A stretch of 62,922 bases of DNA, filler included, from Bigelowiella natans CCMP2755 (Eukaryota; Protista; Cercozoa), in assembly GCA_000320545.1 (NCBI GenBank). It is 4 parts of 4 records of this genome, joined end to end, with 100 filler letters (N's around TTAATTAATTAA, not from the genome) between each part and the next. Parts side by side here need not be neighbours in the genome. Positions count along the whole stretch, not along the records: positions 13,919 to 44,099 come from ADNK01003191.1; 3 more parts are not named here. The stretch is one strand, 5' to 3'. Both the position numbers and the translations under genes were made by a program. Position 1 is the stretch's first letter, and each line of letters begins with the position of its first letter. The notes under the pieces were generated by a model. That model made no database searches and was not told the DNA's origin. It saw nothing but the letters and a program-made list of their open reading frames with translations. Below are positions 13,919 through 25,568 of the stretch, piece after piece.

Positions 13919-15306
13919 CGACGTGTCACATACTGACCGGGTACCGAGCAATATCAACACTAACAAAAACCACAGGTATGCGCTGTGATTGCCTCGGGCT
14001 ATATCCAAACATCTTAAAGGTACTAAACTCAATGAGAATGAAATGGGAATAGGCGAGGAGTGAAGGAGGCGGGGGGGGGGGGGGGATATACACGATATCC
14101 AGGGCATCGCTTACATCTAAATAGCTAATTGAGCAAATGACTACTCCCGTATTCCAGCTTAAAGCTCCGAAACGGATGATACGAACTGCCTACGGAGCTG
14201 TTCCAGCAGGTGTGCGTAGCAGAAGTCTTACCAATACCACACGAATTGGCGCTAGCGTTTTTAAATTTAGCGGTATCTTGCCGATCGTTAAGAGGCAGGA
14301 CATGTTGTGTTTTCCCGTCCTCCAATACGTAACGGACGCAGTATCTTTTGGGGCCTCTATATATGAGTATGCATTGGTGCGTGTGTGCGCGTGCTGTGTT
14401 TTCGGCCCACACAACCCATCTCCTACTCCTTTTGTAGAGAACACAGCAAAGGAGCTCAAGTTCTACACCAAGTCCCACGGCAGGTTTGCCTCGCACAATG
14501 CAACACGGCGCAGCACGATGCAGCACGACGCAGAGGCCGCCGCGATCATAGCGCATACCTGACTCTTTGTTAAACAGGGCCTTCCTCCACCCAAGGAGCG
14601 TGAATTTCTCGGAAAAGGCGTTTGAAACGACGTGGCTCGCATACAGCCAGATGGTGCAAACGTCCAAGATGTATGTTCATGACTCCACACAGGTGCCCCC
14701 CCCCCCTCCCCCTCCCCCTCCCCCTCGGAAGAATTTCGTGATATCTAGGTGAAAAGAGTACTGGATGGATTTGATGGTCTGCTATACTCCTCTCAGGTTG
14801 CTCCTTACCCGCTGCTGCTGTTTGGGGATGTGCCGCAAATCGATGTTCAGAATAAGGCGATTGCAGTCGATTCCTGGATCCGCTTCTCGGCGCCAGGTAG
14901 TTGTCGTTTAAGGGGTGGTAGCTCGGCATATCGAAGGGGGTCATCATCCACTGACACCATAGAACTCAAACACTTCACTGTTGGTTATGTTTATGTAAAC
15001 AAATATATATACACATATATATATATATATATATATATATGATATATGTTTCTATGTGCGTGCGAGTGTGTGTCACGTACTGAATCTTCTGCGCTCTCAG
15101 GAAGAATAGCCGTGTTGGTCCGCGCTTTGCGGGAGGAACTGGCACATCTTCTGGCCACTAAGGTTTTTGTTCTTCCGTATTTTTTATAAAAGGTGTCTCT
15201 TAACTGTAAGTCTAACCCTATTTAGCTCGAGCACCCTGCCACGGACGTCACCGACGCACCAGTGACCAAAGCGATCCTCAAGTTACTGATATCGAATGGT
15301 TATTAG
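13919..15306 (+). CDS. DEAH-box RNA helicase (DHX57/DHX36-like), C-terminal OB-fold region only; 5' end truncated
   Basis: Exons encode FLHPRSVNFSEKAFETTWLAYSQMVQTSKMYVHDST|QVAPYPLLLFG...VDSWIRFSAP|GRIAVLVRALREEL...LLISNGY*. Confidence 0.8.
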
Positions 15307-16107
15307 CTGCAGAGATCCATATGATTGTCGCATGATCTGGGAGATTGACAACGATGTATGTTCAAAGTTTGCCGTGATGACAAGTTCAGCAACTATGAGC
15401 GGTTATTCCCAGCAGCTGCTCGTACCTTGCAATGCTAGAATGCTGTTGGATGCGAATGGCTGTAGCATTTTTGTATGACTCTGGACCGCATGTCTCATTA
15501 TAGATGAAAGATAGATTCACGCAGTAACTAGACAGCGTGCACGTGTTTGATTGCATCGATTTGTCATTGCGATGCAATGCTAGAATGTAGCAAATCTAAC
15601 GTGAATCGAGTGGGCAGTCTAGCGGTGCGGTCATCCAGCAGTGCGGTCATGTAGCAATGCATTCTGCAGTTCATGTCGCATGCATGCTCGATCTAGCACG
15701 CTAGCGATGCTGAGTTTTCATTGTTTAGCTAGCTAGATTTTTGATTCGCACGCATTTAGACCTGCTAGCATGTGCCATTTATTTTGGCATCGCTTGCTTA
15801 TGCACAAACAAACAGCACTACAAGCTAGCAAGACTCAAAGCAAATTTCAACAACATGGAAATTTAAAGATACTAGTCCATTCAGTAAATGATCGTACATC
15901 ACTTATACACGATAGTAAGAGCTGCAACGTCCATTTTACAATAGAGTACGTATGATGCTGTTTTTGCTACTGTCTAGCAATGCTAGAGTGTCTTAGTAGT
16001 CCGTCGGCCGAAGTCATAATTACGATTCTTGTGCGTAATCGTTTGCTTCAAAGGGAATACGTTTTGTAACAACACAGGTTCACATCACCTCGCATGTTAA
16101 CTGACCT

Positions 16108-18193
16108 TTATTTGTTTTGAAGCAAACCCATCTCCGTTTCATTTAGGTTAAAATCAAAAATAGCGAGATCCTGTTTCAGGTATTGCTACGCAATTAAGAA
16201 AAGACAACAATGTGGAAAGGCATGAGCAATGGATCACGTAAACACGGATATTCAGAAATACCTGGTTCATTCCAGCTGTCACAAAGATGGCGTCGTTTTG
16301 TACAATCCAACGCAATACGACTTGAGCCGCGCTCACTTTGTATTTTGCAGCGATGGCCACAATATCCGGATCGTGAAATATGTCGACAGAACCGTGGAAA
16401 GGAGAATACGCTTGGTATGTGATATTCATTTTCTGCACAACATAAGAAAACAGTTTGAATGTAAGGTAACATTGACTGCATGGTGAGAAAACGCTATGAT
16501 ATCTCACTTCGTTATAATTACCTTGCAGAATTGGAGTGTAACGTCATCGTGATTTCCAACAGACATCTATATTCCGTCACCAATTCATTCACGCATAACA
16601 ATTAACTGTTGTGAACTTTTTAGAGATTTACCGAACATTGGTTTACAGCTGGAGGCACTTGGACGCCAGGAAGGAGGTCTTTTAAATGACTCGCTTGGAA
16701 GTTAGAAACCTAAATATTCGCAACCTCATCTTTGCCAAAATTCAACGCACCAAAAAGTCGTTTTTGTAAGTCTTTGACCCCAATCGCCCTTGCTTTTCCG
16801 TCGGAAACAAACTTTTCCATGGTTCGGTAAACATCCATCGTTTGCTCCGGAGTCTTACACGGAGAATGCATCAACATTAGGTCGACGTAATCCAGACCTA
16901 AGGGAATAATGACTTCAGCGCGCAAAGCGCAATTAGGAATCGTCAATCTACCCAAAAGAGCCATATCTCTCTCTAGATCTGCCGTCGAATTTCGCGGTCC
17001 TCCTCCACACATCCAGCCTTGATATGACGGGCAACACGGAATCTTCGTAGTCACAAATATTTCTTCTCGCGGGGCCTTTGCTTGGCGCACAGCAAGTCCT
17101 ACTCTTCGCTGCGTTGGATCTCCATACATCAGAGCTGAACGTTAATTTCGAAGGAACAGTTAGCATTTTTGCCAGCCATTTTGGTAACACGGAAACGTAC
17201 CCGTATCTAGTCCTCGACCTCCTATCTCCAAGAACATTGTGTAGTTGCCAGGCCTGCCGAAGGCTGACGACAGTATTATGTATGGAAATGGAGAAATCAG
17301 AGGCTAGAATAAGTTTTTTAATCCTTGTTTTTTTTTCCGATAGGTCTAAAAAGGAAGTAATACAGCTAAGTCTATTCCTCCATACCTCCGCCAAGATTGA
17401 CAATCGGCATTGACACCCCTTCTGCAATTTCAACGGTTGGAGTTCTCATGCTACTGTTCCATCTTATCGCTACAGGAATGCCCGCTAAAGGTGGGGGATC
17501 GACCGATGCGTCTTGTGCAGAATGGTTATTGTGGCTCAACATGGCCAATATCCCAAGTACGAAACTTATCACCAGGAGGGTCAGAGTTCCCAATATAATA
17601 ATCTTATGAGATTTCATAAACGCCTTCCAGCCGGTAGTCTATGAAAAAGAAAGTCAGAATTATGCTTTATCGTGTGGCCATACATAATATTCGGGTAACC
17701 CTGCGGTTCTCCTGCTCGCTGGCATTCCCTACAAATAACAGTTCATCATAAAACTAATGCCCATGATTTCTATACATTTTGACTTATTTCCACGTATGAG
17801 TCAGTTGAGTATCAGCAGACCTGAAGCTATTGGAGGAATTACCTAATAATTCAACATGATTAAGCACACTTTGCACCCGCCATCCGCATGTTTAGTAAGA
17901 TACTCACATCGTCTTCGCCTATTCCAACAATTTCCTCAAGATACTTGTTCGCAACTTGTAGAGTAAAATTTGAATCTTTCAGTACATGGCACGGGATTCA
18001 TGAAGTACTATCACCATTAAACTTTTCATCCTCGTCCTCCACAGACTCATTTAAAGAAACCTAGATTTATGCATTCAGTCCATGCCCGTTACTCAATACT
18101 CACATACGTTCAGGGCCTTATAAAGTTAAGCGAAAGTACCTTCTCGTAGGGTCTGTTGTGAGGTAGTGATACATCGCCGAGTTGCTCGGACAT
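16108..18193 (-). CDS. Aldo-keto reductase with an acidic N-terminal extension and one transmembrane helix
   Basis: The catalytic tetrad appears in GLDT|ALMYG (D, Y), IFVTTKIP (K) and LGLDYVDLMLMHSP (H). ARAIGV|VSNF, QAYSPF, SAAQVVLRWIVQ and IFDFNL are also present. Upstream exons MSEQLGDVSLPHNRPYEK|VSLNESVEDEDEKFN precede the TM segment IIILGTLTLLVISFVLGILAML. Confidence 0.88.
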
Positions 18194-18294
18194 TAGTCGA
18201 GTACGCTGAGCGATGGGGGTCGGGTCGGAAAGAAGGCACGAACACTGGAGCCGCAATATTATTTTGGGTTTTTCTTTCAGATCTAAAAGCGAGC
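18194..18294. promoter_or_regulatory. Very short bidirectional promoter region
   Basis: Only 101 bp separate the predicted divergent ATGs of the AKR and the membrane protein. Confidence 0.5.
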
Positions 18295-20046
18295 ATGAAT
18301 CGCGGAGATTTTCCCCTACAAAGTGTCTTTCGAAGGTATATTACTTTGGAAAAACTCCACATTCCTATGTCGTTGCGAATAAGTATAAGGCGTATGGTTA
18401 TACTTGCAAACAGCTCATAATAATGAATGATGCAAGCGACCGGGAACAAGCTGAATTCCGACGTGGAGTGTGAGTTTTGCCAGCACCAAGTGTTACATTT
18501 TGTAAATGTAGTTCTTTATCATTGTTCATTGTTCATTGTCCAAGTGTGCCGCGATTCAACGAACGCAATGGCAGCACAGTTTTGAGACAGTGCGCACTAT
18601 TCAAGAAATGTTACCGCGATTGAAAATTACCTGCGTAGTTTTCGCACTCAGGCGAGCATGTCCTCCAATGGATACTCGAATTCATCGCCGTCGCGAGTTG
18701 CACGGGCGACTTATGAGACGTGCCACGCTTTTGTGGTGTTGGTGAGCTTGGTTGTTGTCATTTGGAGGATCGCCAAGCGAGGTTCCAACAATTTTAGCCC
18801 CTCGCAGAGAATCCTCTGGTAAACCTTAAATGAAAAACATTTCACCCTGATCTTGTCCGTGAATGCAAAAGTTCTTGAAAGTGAACGATCAATTTTGACA
18901 CCTAACACGACTAACACGTGTAGATATACATGTACTTCCACACGTACGTGTGTGCATGCATGATGTTCATTTTAGATTTTAACAACCCGTGTTCATAGAT
19001 ACAAGTTACATGTCCACACATGTGAGCGAAGAAAATGTGCGTTTCGTAGGGGATCTGTAGGAATGCTGTTGAGCATCGTAGCACTTTCTCTTCTAATAAC
19101 TTTTGGAGGTCCTTGGCAACTATTTGAAGTGTTTGCCAGTATATTATTGGTATTTTATCTCATGTTATTATCTCTGGGATCTTTCCTTAATCTCATCGCA
19201 CACTTCAGGCGCTGATAAACACAATACTGGTCTACATTACTAAAAACATCACAAAGGCTTCATACACTGCATCAAGGATGATAAAAAATGTCCCGCGACA
19301 AATTGACCTAATTTTTGATGCGGTTCTAGTGCTCACATTACTCACAGCCATAGCTTCTATGGCAGGTATATTTCTGTTTTGCGTCCATGTAAGATCTGCT
19401 TGCCGAGTAGTCCAGGTTAATGCTTAATATTTCTATTTCAGGTGTTTTGTTGACTAACCAGCTTCGATTCGTTTCTATTCGCCTCATTGGGGTGGGGCTA
19501 TTAGGCTCATTCCTCGTACCATACCAAACATTTATGTCATGCCAACTTTCTCGAATTGTGACCATTCATATTACTAGCCTAAATTCGTACGCTGATTCCA
19601 GCGAAGTAAAATCGGCACCAGTACCTCAGAACCCAGTGATTTCAAATGCAGCAGTGGAGAAGGACGGATTTTTTCCTAATTATGAAGAAGAGAGATTACC
19701 ATCCACATCGCCCATCGGAAATACTAGAGAAAACATGGCAAAGGAGAGGCAAAATCAATGGGTGCAAAAGTTGTTGGGGGTGCGTAGACGACTTCTACTT
19801 TTTACGTCTGTGTTTGACACAGTTGGTGTTGTGGGTATCATCGCAATACTTATGGCTGGGTTTCAGAATTTACAATCCGATAAAAGATTTTCTGAGGATG
19901 TTGACGACTTGTTTCGGGACGAGGAGTCATTTCCACAATTCGTCCCCATAGTAGCACAGACAGCGTCTTTACTGTTATCTATTGCGTTCATTGTGCACGG
20001 AGGCAGCCCATGGTGTGCCAATGAGCAACATGGAGACATGAAGTAA
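18295..20046 (+). CDS. Multi-pass (possibly 7TM-like) membrane protein of unknown function; multi-exon
   Basis: There are several hydrophobic exons (MLLSIVALSLLITFGG, LVLLTLLTAIASMA) and a 208-aa terminal ORF with about 3 TM segments separated by a long polar loop. Confidence 0.6.
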
Positions 20047-20507
20047 TGGCCAATTGTACAAGTTGAAGAGCAAAATTCAATGAAATGCATCACAGGCATT
20101 CGAATCATGGAACAAAATGAACAAATAGCAAAAGATTGGACATCTGTTAATTTGCGTTGTGCAGATTTGATGCACGCACTCTGTGAATGAGCAATTTGTG
20201 ATTGTTGCGTTGCGCGGCAAGTTGCATCTGAGCTCACTGTGTACACGCACACGTTGATTGCCTAGATTGTTATGGCAACAGGGTGTACTAGTGTAGTTCA
20301 AAAACTTCAGATTTTTTATTTCTACCCGATAAAATGATGTACGTGCAATCAAGTGTGGCCTGATGACACAGATCTAGAGATTAGTTTGAAATCACAGGCT
20401 TCAATTGAGTTCATCTAGTTCATGCATGTTTATTTGTCATGAGTCATGAGTGTCTTTGCGAGCGAACGCAGCGAACTGGCCCGCATTTGCTTTGGAGTGT
20501 GTAGAAA

Positions 20508-21819
20508 TCAAAGGTGATGTTGCCAGCGAAAACAGTCTTCAATTTTTGCGGCTTCTTTCACTAGCTGCTCTTCTTCTTGTGGATTCAATTTTTCGACTGA
20601 GAAGTCAAAATTCTTCTCTCTACGCATGTTCATGTCGCTGGATGCTCTTTCCCTTTCGGAAAAGTACTGCTCTTCTGCTGTACAACACAAACACTCATGG
20701 CAAATTTGCATTAGAAAGCAGATATCTCATTCACAAAAAACATTACTCTTCCACTTCTTGTATTGAGGAGAATCCACATAATATTGTGCTTTTGCAAATT
20801 GAGCACCGCGCCTTAGATCATCTTCAGGACATTCATAAAAAGTAAGGTCCGGAAGTTGGCATCCTTCTACCGATTCATCACAAACCGACTCACCCTGATT
20901 TTCCCCATGTTGTCGCATCGATGTTTTCAATGGGCTGTATCTCCGTTGATGCCGATTACGGTTGAGGCGAGAAGTTTTCAAATCTCTCTCATTGGATTTA
21001 CGCTAAGATTAAGTTTTTGATTAATAAATATTTAAATTAAGGCGTTGCTTATTGTTTATTGTGTCAAAATACCATATCAAGTTCTGCCCAGTTTCCAACT
21101 GAGGTTGCATGATTTCTCATCCATTTTATACAATCTTTATGATTAGGGAAGGAAGAGTGGGGAGAAGCTTATTGCAATGAGTGTTTATTTCTTTTTGGAA
21201 CAGTATATGCATACCAATAAGCCTTTTACACTCTTCATCTTTTCCCTGTAAATTTCTGCGAAAAAAAATTGGGACATGAGTTTGAAGTTCCTCAATTGAA
21301 ATTTGTCCAAGTTAATGTAAATGATGTACCGGAGACTGCATTGTAATTTTGAAATAATTTTTTTGAATCTTCCACATTTTCGCTCTGAACAAATGCTCCT
21401 AGTCTTAGCTTGAATTCATGTGATTTAAATCCATATGATACTTACAACTTAACAATTACATCAAGTACTTTTACCAATTTCTCTTTCATATTCTCCACAT
21501 GCCTGTATTCCTATTGATCTTAATCGTGTAGCTGCATACACATCCGATGCATTTGCATTCACTTCTTTGAATTTCTCATCATCGGACTTAAAGGCACTAA
21601 ATTTTTCCTGCTCCCTGCGCTCATTCTTCAAGAACATCTGATGATATTCGTAACAACTTAATAATTATCATTCCCATTCTACGTTTGTCGACATACATTA
21701 ACATCAAGGTCCTCGTCATCAGAGACACAAAAACCTGTAAACAAATAATGTTTCTAAGCTTGATATGGCGTCAATGGGTATTGGGAACGCATACCCAAAT
21801 CTTCATTCAATTTCGTCAT
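20508..21819 (-). CDS. Hypothetical charged helical protein; multi-exon
   Basis: A chain of GT-AG bounded exons reads MTKLNEDL|GFCVSDDEDLDVN|MFLKNERREQEKF...|CIKWMRNHATSVGNWAELDM|RKSNERDLKT...|EEQYFSERE...WQHHL*. I recognise no family, and some junctions are uncertain. Confidence 0.6.
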
Positions 21820-22299
21820 CGTGTGGTTTACGTTTCCAATTGAGTTCTAATTCAAGCTGAAGATCGTAAGTGAAATGAAACTAACTCTCTTTCCAAGTCG
21901 CGATTCCCTTTTCCCCGAGCGTTTTCCTCGGATAGTTTAGTATTTTGTTGTTTTTCATTTTAAAACGGCTTTATTTTGCATAATTCTCTTCAAAGAAGAC
22001 ATAAACTATCTGAATCCACGAATGATTAGCAAGCCCTAACAATTTCAATTTTGCTCACTAAAGTTTTGCAAAAAGCTCCGAATCTATGTGACGACAACGC
22101 CGAATGAAGGTCTTTGCATGTCAAAAGTCATGAACGAAGCCTGACTCTAGCATCAATATGGTCTCAAATTAGTCTCATCAACCTGGAATGCTCAGTCGTT
22201 GAGACATGACACTTGAAGGCTATGAGATTAAAGTGTGCAGTTCATCATTCAGTACTCACCTCGATGGAATATGAATGCAATGCACTTCGCACAATTGTG

Positions 22300-23241
22300 C
22301 AGATACGATACCTTCGATCAACATCTGGGCATGCCATCAGCGGCTGCTTTTCGTTAGCTTGGAGTAAGGAAGTTTCCTCTAATCCTCCACTATTATCACT
22401 TTCACGTGTTCCTCTGTGTCTTGAGCATGTTCTTTGTGGTGCGAAAAAAGCGCTTTCATCTTGTGTGATTCTGAAGCATTAAATCTTTGCAGGTAGAGGA
22501 GCCGAGGTTGAAATCTAGTGTTCTATTTTTCATGTCAAAGACGAATTTGGCTTTGATCCTCCTTTAACAAAATTTTCAAATTGTCGTCTCTATCACAAAG
22601 TGTTCCTTCACGATACTCCCGTTCTTGCTGGGTAATTTGCTAGGTGGTATTAGGCTCCGAATTCAGGATGTAGCGACGAGCATTATCGTTGTGGTCACTA
22701 CTTATGTCGTTGCTCGGAAGCCTGTCGTAGCATTAGTCCCAACAACAACCCTGAGAAAATTCATAGCATCGATTACTTCATTCATTTGCAAGAGCTGGCG
22801 CTTCGGCAGCTCCGGGCTTGCGATTGTGAACCTTTATTTCTAGATACTCCATGCGTTGCTTCATCCCTCATGTTCATAATCTTATCCGTTGCAGTTCTTG
22901 CTTGGTCCTAGTATCTCTAGGATATCTCTGAGCACTGATATGGCACGAATATCAAACCTTCGAAGAGGTAACGTGCACCAATGGTGAAAGTGAAAAATTT
23001 TCAGTGCACATATTTTAATTTATGGCGCTGTGTTTCGAATGCTATGAACCGATTACTTCTCCAAGTCCACATTCTCTATGTCCACTTCCTTCATATGCTG
23101 CCGAGCTAGCTTCAATTGTCTTTTTTGCATGCTATGGTTCGATTGGTGTTGTCGGAGTATGGGATGAAGATCTCCGTCTCCCCGATCTTCTTTTGCTTGA
23201 AATTGCTTCTTTCTCGCCTTTTTTGGTTGTGTGTACATCAT
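22300..23241 (-). other. Possible hypothetical gene or pseudogene divergent from the histone-doublet gene
   Basis: It has a 62-aa basic first ORF (MMYTQPKKARKKQF...) and downstream coding-like fragments in several frames. I found no clean spliced model. Confidence 0.3.
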
Positions 23242-23877
23242 CAGATATATATTGACGGTGTGGCGTTGTGTGGTGTTGTGTGGCGATGCGTGCGAACCGA
23301 GCGTCTAATTTGTGCCAAACAAAATACTCTATGGTATAAAAACGTGAAAGTTATGATGCCCCCCGCCTCAACAAGTAATACAATACCGTCAGCATGAATA
23401 GTGTGAACAAAGTACCACTGCCATCTTCGGTATCCACGACACCTTCTGAAGCAGAGAGCAGCCCGTTACTCAGAAATCACCTGTTGCTGTCGCCGCCAGC
23501 CACAATAGTCGTTTGTAATAACCAATCATATTGATCTTACGGAAGTTGTCTAGCAAACTTACCCCCCTCCTCCCACGCGCCCACGCAGTTCCCTCTTCAC
23601 ATCAATAAGTCGCTGAGCTGCGAAGACGGGAGGAGCCTCTCCCCGTTCAAACTCGGTATACATGTAGATCTACTCGTAGATCTACGTGCACCTTCTAGGA
23701 GAGAGAATGGGCTTCTTCCGTTGCTCCGCTGCGTTTCCTGCCGTTTCGATCCTAAGTAAACTTACAATGATGGCGTGTTCATGTTGTCGCAGCGGAGAAA
23801 TCCTTGGGATAATGTTAGACAATTTTCCAAGCCAAAAACATCTGAGATATATTTCACACACAGCCCACATCGATTCG

Positions 23878-25122
23878 ATGGCGTCAGCCGGGCCCCCCTC
23901 CACGTTCACGGAGAAGAACGTAAAGCCCGTCACGATTATGGGGTCAATCGGGACCGCTATGCTATGGTAAACTTATTTTATTCATTCGTACTGGTATTAT
24001 CCCTCATGAGGACAAAGCCTGCACCTCTGTTTGCTCATTCATCTAACATATTGCTCGATGAAGAAGATTTGTATGAGAGGATTTGTCTGTGCTCGTCGTA
24101 GGGCTGGGTGGAATGAGAACGACCTTTGGATGACGGTCGCGGGTGGTGCTATCCTTTTACTCACAACGATTTTCGCGGTATGGGTTTTCTCCTCAAACCA
24201 ATCCCTCGAGCGTTCCGAGCTACCCTCCAACGAAGCCACAGAGTCGGACTCCGAAGACGAAGCAGCGCCCGGAGCACCAGCAGTGAAGTCAGGAGAGAAG
24301 TGGCTACGATTTCCACACGAACCTATCAGGTCTCTTCTTACGGTGAAGAGTGGTGATACGAACAAAGCTCCTTCTGATGATGCCGTTGCGTACCTCATCG
24401 GGGTTCAGGTAGTACCTCCCTGGGTCAACTTCATTTGCCAGTCACAAAAACCATTGAAGCTCACAGTTCGCATGTGCCTCAGGAATATTTAGCAGTTGAG
24501 CTGCTTGAGATTGCGGGGAATATAGCAAAGCAGCAGGTTCACGCCACCCACGCTTTGAGGAGCATTTGTAATTTTTTTTTTTTTGGAAAACGCAAAAGGC
24601 AAAATCTGGGGACGATAGCAACTTACCGGCAATTTCCTCATCGCAAGTTTCGCAAGCGTTGAGAGAAGATAAAGAGCTGGCTGACGTTCTCGATGGCAAC
24701 ACCGATTTGCTGTTGTCGTGCTGCAGTTTCGAACCAGATGAGAAATCTCTAAATCTGATTCTAGAAGGAGTACGTGGGATTTTGAAGATAGCACACCCCC
24801 ACGCTAAGTTTGAAGAGGCTGCAGGAAGAGTAGTCTACGAGAAAACACTTTTGGCTTGCTATCACGTAGCAACCTGTGCCAAGAAGATTAATAATAAGAC
24901 TGAAGGAAAGGAATCGAATATTGGTGTCCACAGCAAAGAGGTAGAAGCGGGTGTAAGCGAGATTTACAAAGGCGCCATATTGGACCACGCGATTTCTGAA
25001 GGCTTCAAGGTCGGTTTTCCTATGCAAAGAGATAAGTAGAACTGTGTACCTTTGAGAAGGCTTTCCGTAACAATGTATGTGTAATTCAGGCTCGCCTTAG
25101 GTACATGCAGGACTTCGACTAA
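23878..25122 (+). CDS. Membrane-anchored single-chain histone H2A-H2B doublet (2 TM + acidic linker + H2A fold + H2B fold), about 297 aa
   Basis: Exons 23878-23966, 24102-24408, 24483-24536, 24599-25009 and 25090-25122 join through four in-phase GT-AG introns (894 nt). The H2A-like part is LRFPHEPIRSLL...AVAYLIGVQEYLAVELLEIAGNIAK...ISSSQVSQALREDKELADVL. The H2B-like part is GVRGILKIAHPHAKFEEAA...VHSKEVEAGVSEIYKGAILDHAISEGFKARLRY. The hydrophobic segments are VTIMGSIGTAMLWAGW and LWMTVAGGAILLLTTIFAVWVF. Confidence 0.85.
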
Positions 25123-25453
25123 GAATGATTAATCATCACTCATGTGGGTGCGATTCCAGTCGCACTTAATTTAAATGAAATAAGTTTTTAATGAATATGG
25201 TTGATAATGATTTACTCGCTGAATAAATTGGTAGTGGACAGTGTAAATGTCATCAACAGGCTGAGCATTCAGCGCTATGCGCGCTGCTTGCGTAGCATGG
25301 ATAACATAAAATGCACCTTGTGCGCTTCATTTATCTCCAATTGTGCTGCTTCACCATTTGTGTGCAAGTAGCAAGATGAATAATAATTATGTACACATAT
25401 GCATAGCAATACACACACTAGACACACAAGTATATATGTGTGCGCAGGTCTAG

Positions 25454-25490
<37 letters not shown>

Positions 25491-25501
25491 TGTGTGTGAG
25501 T

Positions 25502-25542
<41 letters not shown>

Positions 25543-25568
25543 TGTGTGTGTGTGTGTATGTGTGTGTG
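25454..25568. repeat. (GT)n microsatellite, representative of dozens of SSRs: (TA)n, (CA)n, (GA)n, (TAG)n, (CAT)n, (CAA)n, (GAA)n
   Basis: Directly visible. Most SSRs in the window lie in introns. Confidence 0.95.

Noticed and set aside
22780-22910. Two in-frame TGA codons in one minus-strand frame (selenocysteine or readthrough)
   Set aside because: There is no redox motif or recognisable SECIS, an alternative frame is open, and other genes here use TGA as stop.
24659-25039. Treating the 126-aa ORF as a stand-alone H2B-like gene
   Set aside because: It starts at TTG inside the H2A alpha3 helix, and in-phase splicing links it to the upstream H2A and TM exons and to a downstream terminal exon.
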